Below, in pieces: positions 9,247 to 17,644 of a stretch of DNA of 64,000 bases. The stretch covers positions 689 through 64,688 of the forward strand of contig CANBQT010000009.1 in the NCBI GenBank assembly GCA_947371755.1, written 5' to 3'. The notes beneath the pieces are model-generated. The model saw only the letters and a program-made list of their open reading frames with translations. It had not been told where the DNA came from and did no database searches. The DNA comes from Chitinophagaceae bacterium (GTDB lineage Bacteria; Bacteroidota; Bacteroidia; Chitinophagales; Chitinophagaceae). Made by a program: the position numbers and the translations under genes. The first letter of the stretch is position 1. The number at the start of each line of letters is the position of its first letter.

Positions 9247-10083
9247 ATGCAATTCATGAAAAAGATTATTCTACTTGCTTTGGTTCTATTTTCCCAATTA
9301 TCCCTTACCCCTAAGGAAATCTCCTGGGTGGCCATTGGCGATTCCATAACCTACTTAAATGATCATCCAGATGAAACGGGTAACAGAATCACAAAAGGGT
9401 ATATGACCAGAGTGACCGAAAAATTGCCCAATATCCATTTCATCAATAAAGGTTTTAATGGCTGGACTGCTGTAAATATTGCTACCGAATTTGATAAATT
9501 GGGCATCCAAAGAGCCGACCTCTATACTATTTTTTTAGGCACTAATGATTGGTGGAGTTCAAAACCTCTGGGCAGTTTCTCTGATTACCAAAATAACACA
9601 GGCAGTTTTTCCGTTTATGGAGCATTCAGAATTATCATCGATAAACTACGTGCATTAAATGATAAAGCGTCAATTGTTATGATTACACCTATGCAAAGAG
9701 TTGATTTCGTATACTTTAATAACTTTAAAAACAATGCTTACGGCTCATATAAAGCTAAAAATGGCCAGAATTTAGAAGACTTTGCCATTGCTGTAAATAC
9801 CATTTCCAATTATGAACATTTTCAAGTAGTGGATCTTTATCATAAAAAAGGAATGGATCACTCTCAACTGGTTCGATTCAAAAGGTTAAAAGATTCTGCA
9901 ACAGGAGAATATAAAAATTATCCCTACCCTAATTTCATTGGGCTACCATTTGATCCTTCTAAAGATGAATATCCCTATCCCATCGAATCAATGAATATTA
10001 CTTATGATGGTTTGCACCCTTCAGATAAGGGATATCAAACAATCGCTGAGTCATTGGTGAAGATATTTAAGAAAATAAAGTGA
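9247..10083 (+). CDS. SGNH/GDSL hydrolase
   Basis: GDSIT, NKGFNG, GTND, DGLHP blocks; signal peptide (likely start 9256). Confidence 0.9.
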   Translation: MQFMKKIILLALVLFSQLSLTPKEISWVAIGDSITYLNDHPDETGNRITKGYMTRVTEKLPNIHFINKGFNGWTAVNIATEFDKLGIQRADLYTIFLGTNDWWSSKPLGSFSDYQNNTGSFSVYGAFRIIIDKLRALNDKASIVMITPMQRVDFVYFNNFKNNAYGSYKAKNGQNLEDFAIAVNTISNYEHFQVVDLYHKKGMDHSQLVRFKRLKDSATGEYKNYPYPNFIGLPFDPSKDEYPYPIESMNITYDGLHPSDKGYQTIAESLVKIFKKIK

Positions 10084-10151
10084 TAAGATCAGAAAATTAA
10101 CCGGTTCATTAAACAATCATACATTATAGATACTCAATAAATAAAACTAAT

Positions 10152-11126
10152 ATGAAGAAAAAGATAGCGTTGCAATTTTGTTTATTGTTTTTGATGGCTT
10201 CCCATTCTTTGGTTGCACAGAAAAAAAATACAAACTTTCTTCTTTCAACCTTAGCAAGTTCTAAAGGCCACTGGAAAGGAACCTTGACTTACTTAGATTA
10301 TTCAAGTACCAATTCCTATACCATACCAGCCGAAATAGATATCAGTTATACCAGCAACAAAGAAGGATATATCAGAGCCTATTCCTACCCGAATGAACCT
10401 AATGAAAATTCAACAGATACTACCTATACCAGGGAATCTGGAAAATATTTTGGCAGAGAAAAAGTAACGAGATTTATCAAATCAAATTCAAGAGACTTTG
10501 TTTTAATAACTGAATTTAAAGATGTAGATGGCAATGATAAAAAGCCTGCAATCATCCGGCACAAATATCAATTAGAGGGAACAACTTTTATCATCAGAAT
10601 GGATGTGAAATTTAATGGAACTACTAATTGGATCAATAGACACGAATATCGTTTTAGTAACCAGCAAAAGAATCAACCAAAGACTGAACAAAAAGTAGTT
10701 CAAAAGAAAGAGCTCAAGATTATCCAAAAAGTTGTGATTCAGGATAAAGTTCTTTACAATAAGATTAAAACGCTCGATAGTGTCTTATTTAATGCCTATA
10801 ACCAACAGGATCTTACAAAAATGAAGAGTTATTTTACAAAAGATCTGGAATGGTATGAAGACAATGGAGGCCTACTCAATTATGAAACTGTGGAGGCTAA
10901 ATTTCAAGCGATATTTAATAAAAGGAATAAAATTTCAATTGAACTTATCAAAGAAACCTTAGAAGTACATCCCATCAAAGATTATGGTGCCGTCGAAAAT
11001 GCGCAATACAAATTCCAACATGAAGAAAATGGGGAATTAAAAGAAGGCATTTTTAAGTTTTTAATTATCTGGAGAAATGATAGGGGAAATTGGAAAGTCA
11101 CTCGTGTGGTAAGTTTCGATCACTAA
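10152..11126 (+). CDS. Secreted two-domain protein: unknown beta-rich N-domain + NTF2/DUF4440-like C-domain
   Basis: Signal peptide; N-domain GHWKGTLTYLDY...NRHEYRF; Q/K-rich linker; C-domain LDSVLFNAYNQQD....YFTKDLEWYED.GG...WKVTRVVSFDH. Confidence 0.75.
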   Translation: MKKKIALQFCLLFLMASHSLVAQKKNTNFLLSTLASSKGHWKGTLTYLDYSSTNSYTIPAEIDISYTSNKEGYIRAYSYPNEPNENSTDTTYTRESGKYFGREKVTRFIKSNSRDFVLITEFKDVDGNDKKPAIIRHKYQLEGTTFIIRMDVKFNGTTNWINRHEYRFSNQQKNQPKTEQKVVQKKELKIIQKVVIQDKVLYNKIKTLDSVLFNAYNQQDLTKMKSYFTKDLEWYEDNGGLLNYETVEAKFQAIFNKRNKISIELIKETLEVHPIKDYGAVENAQYKFQHEENGELKEGIFKFLIIWRNDRGNWKVTRVVSFDH

Positions 11127-11151
11127 TTAATAAACAGAAGCAATTTTATTA

Positions 11152-12336
11152 ATGAAAAAATCTTTACTGTTCATCGGTTTCACATTTTTGATCATTTTCG
11201 AATGCCTGCGGGTGTATTTGATCATGCCCATGCCCGGGAGTCAAAGGAACAACAGTATTGAATTAGCCTATTTTTTGGGGTCAAATAAAACCCTCATTCG
11301 GATCATTGGCTATCTTTTGATTTTATACCCACTTGTTTCAATTATTAGTAATGGCAAGAGGAAAGAAAAAATCCTGGCAATTAGTTTATCGTTATTCTAC
11401 CTGATTATATTTTATGTATTTACTTTCAAGATGGAAGCAGATAAGATGTTTTACCAACCTACTAAGACTTATTTTTTTGACATTTCTAAAAACAAGATTC
11501 CTACCAATAAGCTGATTATAGGTGCTACCATTGGAAATGAATCAAAAGCTTATCCGATACTATTAATAGGCTACCATCATCAGGTTCGCGATTCTATTGA
11601 TCATACACCAGTAATGGTAACCTATTGTACGGTTTGCAGAACAGGGAGAATATATAGTCCAATAGTAAACGGGAAAGTAGAAACATTTCGCTTAGTAGGA
11701 ATGGACCATTTTAATGCTATGTTTGAAGATGCCACTACTAAAAGTTGGTGGAGACAATCTACTGGTGAATGTATCGCTGGTCCATTAAAGGGGTATCGTT
11801 TAGAAGAAATACGTTCAGAACAAGTTGGTCTAAACGTTTGGTTTAGACAACATCCCAATGCACTAGTATTACAACCAGATGAGAAATTTAAAGAAACTTT
11901 TGAAAAGATGGATGTCTATGATAAAGGAAGGTCTAAAAGTGGATTGACAAAAAGAGACTCTTTATCATGGAAAGAAAAATCATGGGTTCTTGGAATTCAA
12001 AATAACCTGAATGCAAAAACTTATGATTGGAATTTACTGGCTAATGACAGGATGATACAAGACTCTTTACCTAATCTACCCGTTTTACTATTACTTGAAA
12101 ATGATACTGCTTCCTTCCATGCATTTAACAGAACACTCAATAAGGAATCATTAAAATTTGTAAAGAAAGGAGACTCGATTATTGATTTGAAAACAAGATC
12201 ATTTTGGAGTTATGATGGACTTTGTTTGGAAGGAAAATTAAAAGGTGCATCTCTGGAAAGAATTGATTGTTACCAGGAATTTCTTCATTCATGGGAGTTT
12301 TTCCATCCAAAGAGTGAAAGATATCTGAAAAGATGA
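11152..12336 (+). CDS. Membrane-anchored DUF3179 family protein
   Basis: KAYP, VMVTYCTVCRTG (CxxC), FRLVG, DATTKSWWRQSTGECIAGPLKG; N-terminal hydrophobic segments. Confidence 0.85.
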   Translation: MKKSLLFIGFTFLIIFECLRVYLIMPMPGSQRNNSIELAYFLGSNKTLIRIIGYLLILYPLVSIISNGKRKEKILAISLSLFYLIIFYVFTFKMEADKMFYQPTKTYFFDISKNKIPTNKLIIGATIGNESKAYPILLIGYHHQVRDSIDHTPVMVTYCTVCRTGRIYSPIVNGKVETFRLVGMDHFNAMFEDATTKSWWRQSTGECIAGPLKGYRLEEIRSEQVGLNVWFRQHPNALVLQPDEKFKETFEKMDVYDKGRSKSGLTKRDSLSWKEKSWVLGIQNNLNAKTYDWNLLANDRMIQDSLPNLPVLLLLENDTASFHAFNRTLNKESLKFVKKGDSIIDLKTRSFWSYDGLCLEGKLKGASLERIDCYQEFLHSWEFFHPKSERYLKR

Positions 12337-12364
12337 CTTTAACTTAGCGTCTGATCCACCAAGA

Positions 12365-13615
12365 ATGAATAAAAGCAAATCTCAGAATCAAAAATACCTG
12401 ATACTTATTTTAGGATTACTTACAGCTATTGGTCCTTTATCGATTGATATGTATTTACCTGCTTTCCCTGATATTGCAAAGGGATTGAATACTTCGGTAT
12501 CTTCTGTGATGTTATCACTTTCTTCCTTTTTTATAGGAATCTCTATCGGACAACTCATTTATGGCCCACTTTTAGAACGATTCGGAAGAAAGAAACCTTT
12601 GTATTTTGGATTAACCATTTATGCCCTTGCAGCTATTGGATGTGCTACCACTATGTCTGTGAATGGTCTGATATTATTCAGGCTTTTTCAAGCTTTAGGT
12701 GGATGTGTTGGAATGGTTGCATCAAGGGCTATGGTTAGGGACCTTTTCGAAGTCAAGGATAATGCAAAAGTGTTCTCAACTTTAATGCTAGTCGTTGCTG
12801 TTTCACCAATTATAGCGCCCACTTTGGGTGGTTATATTACAGCGTATTTTGGATGGCGCTATATTTTCGGAATGCTCATCATCGTCATCTCACTCATCCT
12901 TGTGGCAGTTTATTTTATTTTACCTGAGAGCAAAGAACCAGACCCGAATTATTCTTTAAAACCAAATTCTATAATCAGTGGTTTTATTGCCATCATAAAA
13001 CATCCGCAATTTGGCATTTATACTTTTACTGGTGCAGTTGCATATGCTGGTCTCTATGCCTATATCAGTGGTTCGCCCTATGTTTTTATGGTAATATTTA
13101 AAGTAAGTGAACAATACTATGGCTGGATCTTTGCTACAATTGCTGCTGGATTAATTAGTGCTAGTCAGATCAATAATATATTATTAAAGAAGTTCCAATC
13201 AGAACAGATCATTCGTGCCTCCATTTATATCCAAAGTGTAATTGGGATTGCATTAGTGTCAACTTCAATACTTGGTTTACACGAATTATATTTAACCATC
13301 GGCTTGATTTTTTTATTTCTATGTTGTCAGGGATTTATTTTTCCAAATGCTTCTGCACTATCTATGGCTCCATTTGGTCATAATGCAGGAAGCGCCTCCG
13401 CATTAATGGGTTTCATTCAAATGAGTATTGGGGCAATGATGTCTGCTGTAGTAAGCATTTTGCAAGACGGCAGTTCATTACCAATGACGGGGGTTATGGC
13501 AGGATGCTCTCTCTTTGCATCGTTAATTTATACTGTAGGAAGAAAAATAGTGACGAATAGAGCAAGCACAATTCTTGTTGAAGAAGAAGATGTAGAAATG
13601 ATCAGTACACTTTAA
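12365..13615 (+). CDS. Bcr/CflA family multidrug MFS transporter
   Basis: LTAIGPLSIDMYLPAFP, GQLIYGPLLERFGRKKP, LFRLFQALGG, 12-TM pattern. Confidence 0.92.
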   Translation: MNKSKSQNQKYLILILGLLTAIGPLSIDMYLPAFPDIAKGLNTSVSSVMLSLSSFFIGISIGQLIYGPLLERFGRKKPLYFGLTIYALAAIGCATTMSVNGLILFRLFQALGGCVGMVASRAMVRDLFEVKDNAKVFSTLMLVVAVSPIIAPTLGGYITAYFGWRYIFGMLIIVISLILVAVYFILPESKEPDPNYSLKPNSIISGFIAIIKHPQFGIYTFTGAVAYAGLYAYISGSPYVFMVIFKVSEQYYGWIFATIAAGLISASQINNILLKKFQSEQIIRASIYIQSVIGIALVSTSILGLHELYLTIGLIFLFLCCQGFIFPNASALSMAPFGHNAGSASALMGFIQMSIGAMMSAVVSILQDGSSLPMTGVMAGCSLFASLIYTVGRKIVTNRASTILVEEEDVEMISTL

Positions 13616-13623
13616 ATGATTTC

Positions 13624-13666
13624 AATAGGGAGGATTTAATTGAATCTAATCCTCCCTATTAAATTT
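13624..13666. terminator. Intrinsic terminator between convergent genes
   Basis: 13-bp stem aatagggaggatt / aatcctccctatt followed by aaattttt. Confidence 0.7.
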
Positions 13667-13939
13667 TTACTCTGCAGTAGTAGGATCAATAATTGTGATT
13701 ACTTCACTTACAGAATTTGCGGGGAACCCTCCTTGTTTTGCATGTTCCCGAACCATTTCTTCGTTAGGAGCAATATAAACACAATAGATTTTATCGCCAG
13801 TTACATAACTCTGTAACCATTGAATTTGTGGACCTAAATTGCTTAAAACTCCGCATGAAGTTTGTGAGATTCCTTTTAATTGATCGGATGTTAATTTCCC
13901 CGCTCCTGGGATTTCTCTTTCAATGACATACTTAGGCAT
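13667..13939 (-). CDS. DUF4242 domain-containing protein
   Basis: MPKYVIEREIPGAG...QWLQSYV..DKIYCVY.AP.EE.VREHA...GFPA. Confidence 0.85.
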   Translation of the reverse strand: MPKYVIEREIPGAGKLTSDQLKGISQTSCGVLSNLGPQIQWLQSYVTGDKIYCVYIAPNEEMVREHAKQGGFPANSVSEVITIIDPTTAE

Positions 13940-14276
13940 GTTTATAATTTTATGATTTTAAAAATGTAGGGGGCTTTTTAGAAGTATACTACATTAAAAT
14001 AAACTTTTAAATTGTCACATTAGATTATAATTTAATTAAAGAATGAGTTGTAACAGGAATAATCGATTGTGTTTTTACTAAAAGTTTGATTATCAACTCA
14101 CAATTTCTCAGCGAAGTAAAAAATAGAACATTTATAGCAAAGTAAAATACTGATTGAATCCTTTGATTTTTTCTGAGCTTTCATAATTTAAATAAAACCT
14201 GTATCTTGATATGCCCCTTCAAAAATTCGAAAATATCATACCCACAAATCAATTTTTTAAATCAAAATCAATTAAA

Positions 14277-14807
14277 ATGAAAAAGATGAAATTTTTGTTT
14301 GCAGCCATCCTCATGCTCTGTAGTTTTCAAACTTTACATGCACAAAATGCAAAGGATGATATGATTAAAGAATGGGAAAGAGCTAAAATTTATACGAAAG
14401 AATATTTAGATGCGATGCCTGCTGATAAATATGATTTAAAACCAACTCCTGAAATGCGTTCATTCGCTGAACAAATGCTTCATTTAACAGATGCCAACTA
14501 TGGTTTTACAAACGCAATCACTGGCGCAAAAAGTCCATTTGGTCTGGGAGAAGCTGAAAAAACCGCAGACAAATCAAAAGAAAATGTAAGCAAAATAGTA
14601 TTGGCTGGATATGACTTTGTAATAGATAATCTTAAGAATACAAGTCCAGAACAATTAACCGAAACCATAAAGTTTATGGGCAGGTTTGAATTAACAAAAG
14701 GTATTGCCTTTAATAAATGTTTTGAGCACCAAACGCATCATAGAGGTCAAACTACGGTTTACATCAGATTGGGAGGAGCTAAACCACCTCAGGAAAAACT
14801 ATTTTAA
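14277..14807 (+). CDS. DinB family protein (secreted)
   Basis: Signal peptide from MKKMKFL (14277), KPTPEMRSFAEQMLH, EHQTHHRGQ. Confidence 0.88.
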   Translation: MKKMKFLFAAILMLCSFQTLHAQNAKDDMIKEWERAKIYTKEYLDAMPADKYDLKPTPEMRSFAEQMLHLTDANYGFTNAITGAKSPFGLGEAEKTADKSKENVSKIVLAGYDFVIDNLKNTSPEQLTETIKFMGRFELTKGIAFNKCFEHQTHHRGQTTVYIRLGGAKPPQEKLF

Positions 14808-14958
14808 TTTCTTTACCAGAACAGCTTTGTAGAAAAAATAAAATTGACTCATTGTGTCATAGCGACGCATTAAATGTTTAATTTAACCCCTGTATTATTT
14901 CTTGAATTCGAAATGATACTTAAAAAATCGATTGCAAACCATTTATCAATTTTAACGC

Positions 14959-15822
14959 ATGAAAAGAAGTCAATTCTTACAAAGTATTGCTTTGGGAACA
15001 GCTGGACTGTATACCAATAATTTATTTGCCGAATTCGGAAAGAAAAAATCACTAGGAGTTCAACTCTATACAGTTAGAGATGCTGTTTCAAAAAACCTGG
15101 AAGGGGCTTTAGAAAAATTAGCTTCATTAGGCTTTGACAATATTGAGCTTTTTGGATATAATGGTACTTTCTTCGGTAAATCAGCTGCAGAATTCAAATC
15201 AATCTTAGACAAGACTGGCATTTCAGTATTCAGTTCACATCATGTTACAGGTTTAGCATCGAAGGGAAACGGCACAATTCTGAATGGATGGGATAAGGCA
15301 GTGGAAGATTTACATAGCATTGGCGCGAAGTACATGGCTTGTGCTTATTTAATGCCTAATGAAAGAACCAAGGAAAATTATACTGCTTTGCCTGCTATAT
15401 TAGATAAAGCCGGAAAAACTACTAAAGCAGCGGGTATTCAATTTGCTTATCATAACCACGATTTTGAATTTGAAAAATTTGGAGATGCTACTGTGTATGA
15501 TCATCTTCTTACTAATACACAGGCAGATCTGGTAAAAATGGAAATGGATCTTTATTGGACTGCAAAAGCAGGACAAGACCCTATCAAGTATTTTGATAAA
15601 TATCCTGGTCGTTTTGAATTATGGCATGTGAAAGATATGTCTGCCGGCAAAGGCGAAATCACCGAGATTGGAAATGGTGTCATTGACTTTGACCGAATTT
15701 TTGCTGCCAGAAAAAAAGCTGGTTTAAAACATTGGTTCGTTGAACAGGATACCAGTAAGGGTGATATGTTTGAAAGTTTAAAAACCAGTGTGGCCAATCT
15801 TTCGAAAAAGAACTACAAATAA
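14959..15822 (+). CDS. Sugar-phosphate isomerase/epimerase (xylose-isomerase-like TIM barrel), Tat-like leader
   Basis: KRSQFL leader, GVQLYTVR, YHNHDFEF, EMDLYW, HVKD, GNGVIDF, VEQD. Confidence 0.9.
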   Translation: MKRSQFLQSIALGTAGLYTNNLFAEFGKKKSLGVQLYTVRDAVSKNLEGALEKLASLGFDNIELFGYNGTFFGKSAAEFKSILDKTGISVFSSHHVTGLASKGNGTILNGWDKAVEDLHSIGAKYMACAYLMPNERTKENYTALPAILDKAGKTTKAAGIQFAYHNHDFEFEKFGDATVYDHLLTNTQADLVKMEMDLYWTAKAGQDPIKYFDKYPGRFELWHVKDMSAGKGEITEIGNGVIDFDRIFAARKKAGLKHWFVEQDTSKGDMFESLKTSVANLSKKNYK

Positions 15823-15842
15823 CATTTAAGGATTTAATTATT

Positions 15843-15877
15843 AATAGGTTATGGTTTATACTGTAACCTATTTTTTT
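15843..15877 (+). terminator. Intrinsic terminator
   Basis: aataggttatg...ctgtaacctatt stem followed by a T run. Confidence 0.65.
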
Positions 15878-16002
15878 ATGCCCAACCCATCTTTAAAAAA
15901 ATGGGTCTTACTAAACAAACTTAAAATAGGCTTAAAAAATACTTTTTAGTAACTATTTTCTCTATTTTCATCACCAGCCTTGCAAAATCCAATTAAGCTT
16001 AG

Positions 16003-16554
16003 TTGAAAAAACTGATTGCCATATTATTACTACTTGTATTAATGTTCAACATTGTTGGCTATAAATTCCTAGCTAACTACTTTGAACATAAATCAACCAA
16101 TGATTTGCAAGCTACTCTGGATCAGCACCAATACAAGGAATCAGATTTAATCAGTTTTAAGCTTCACTTAAATCTACCTTATATATCTAGTTCTACTGAG
16201 TTTGAATCTGTTGAAGGCAATATTGACATCAATGGTATAAACTATCAATACGTAAAAAAGCGTTTTTTAAACGACACATTGGAAATTCTTTGCGTACCCA
16301 ACTTTACAAAATCATCTATCAAAGAATCTAAAAATGATTTTGCAAAACAGCTAAATGATATTGCATCTTCCAATAATTCTAAAAAGACTTCCTCGAATCA
16401 AATAGTTAAATCAACTATTTCTGATTTGATTCAAGAACATCATTTTGATATTTACCAGCATATTTACACCACAAACTTGAAGCATGATTCCTATCATACT
16501 TTCTTTTCAAGTTTTAATTTTCTGCAAGGTCTAGATCAGCCACCAGAGGCATAA
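16003..16554 (+). CDS. Hypothetical membrane-anchored protein with His-rich, QPP-ending C-terminus (leader-peptide-like)
   Basis: TTG start, N-terminal hydrophobic anchor, LPY...VEG.I.INGI.YQYVK....DTLEILC.PN core, C-terminus QEHHFDIYQH...HDSYH...LDQPPEA*. Confidence 0.75.
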   Translation: MKKLIAILLLLVLMFNIVGYKFLANYFEHKSTNDLQATLDQHQYKESDLISFKLHLNLPYISSSTEFESVEGNIDINGINYQYVKKRFLNDTLEILCVPNFTKSSIKESKNDFAKQLNDIASSNNSKKTSSNQIVKSTISDLIQEHHFDIYQHIYTTNLKHDSYHTFFSSFNFLQGLDQPPEA

Positions 16555-16674
16555 TCTTTTATTTAAAGTTTTATGATTTAGTATTCCAACGGAGTATTAA
16601 CACAATTTATTTGTACCCAAAATGTATGATTAGTTACAAGTGCATCTGTATAAGATTAACCTCAATTTACAAAA

Positions 16675-17643
16675 ATGAACATATTGAAATCCTATAAACA
16701 ACTACTCATTGTAACGAGTATGTTATTCTCTTTCACCTCATCATTTGCACAAACCGACCAGGATGCCATCATGATGAACAAGAACCTATTTTGTACTGGT
16801 TTAAACTATAGCCATAGCAGCTGGAATAAATATTGGGAAGGAACCAATTTAAGAGACAATTTAAATATTGGAACGATATCAACGAATCAAATTAGTGTCA
16901 TGGGCAATTATGGCATTAAAGACAATCTGAATTTATTGTTCAATGCCCCATTTATTTCAAATAAAGCAAGTAGGGGTGTGTTACATCCTGCATCTGGCAT
17001 ACAAGATTTTTCTGCATGGATTAAATGGATGCCCATTGAAACATCTTTAAAAAATGGAACATTCTCACTTTACTTGTTAGGAGGTGCATCAGTACCTATG
17101 ACAGATTATATTGTTGATTATTTACCATTGTCAATTGGACTAAAAAGTAGTACCGTTTCTGGCAGATTATTATTGGATTATCAGCTGGGAAAATTCTTTA
17201 TAACTGGTTCTGAGACATACACGCTCAGAGGAAATACCAAACTTGAAAGAAATAGTTATTATACTACCAGCCTGTTTTTAACTAATGAAGTTTCTATGCC
17301 AGATGTAAATACGATCAGCTTAAGAACAGGATACAGAAGTAGTGGTTTAATAGCAGAAGCCATCATAACAGATATGAAAACACTTGGGGGATTTGATATC
17401 ACTAAAAACAATATGCCATTCCCAAGTAATAAAATGAATGCAACAACTATTGCAGCCAATATTAAATATGAAATTCAAAAAGTGAGTGGTCTTGCTCTTG
17501 TGGGTGGAGCTAGTCATGTTATAGCTGGAAGAAATGTAGGACAGTCTACCGGTTTCTATGGTGGCTTTTTCTACATATTAGATTTCTCTAAAAAGAAGGA
17601 AAAGAAAACTACTTCTGACAATTCCTCAACTCAAAACAAATAA
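16675..17643 (+). CDS. Putative outer-membrane beta-barrel/transporter-like protein
   Basis: Signal peptide, alternating aromatic/Gly beta-strand pattern, terminal GGFFYILDF strand plus basic tail; stop is 1 nt before the next ATG. Confidence 0.65.
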   Translation: MNILKSYKQLLIVTSMLFSFTSSFAQTDQDAIMMNKNLFCTGLNYSHSSWNKYWEGTNLRDNLNIGTISTNQISVMGNYGIKDNLNLLFNAPFISNKASRGVLHPASGIQDFSAWIKWMPIETSLKNGTFSLYLLGGASVPMTDYIVDYLPLSIGLKSSTVSGRLLLDYQLGKFFITGSETYTLRGNTKLERNSYYTTSLFLTNEVSMPDVNTISLRTGYRSSGLIAEAIITDMKTLGGFDITKNNMPFPSNKMNATTIAANIKYEIQKVSGLALVGGASHVIAGRNVGQSTGFYGGFFYILDFSKKKEKKTTSDNSSTQNK

Positions 17644-17644
17644 C

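Noticed and set aside
12334-12342. Selenocysteine read-through of the DUF3179 TGA stop
   Set aside because: The CxxC is encoded by Cys codons, TGA is at the natural C-terminus and an in-frame TAA follows two codons later
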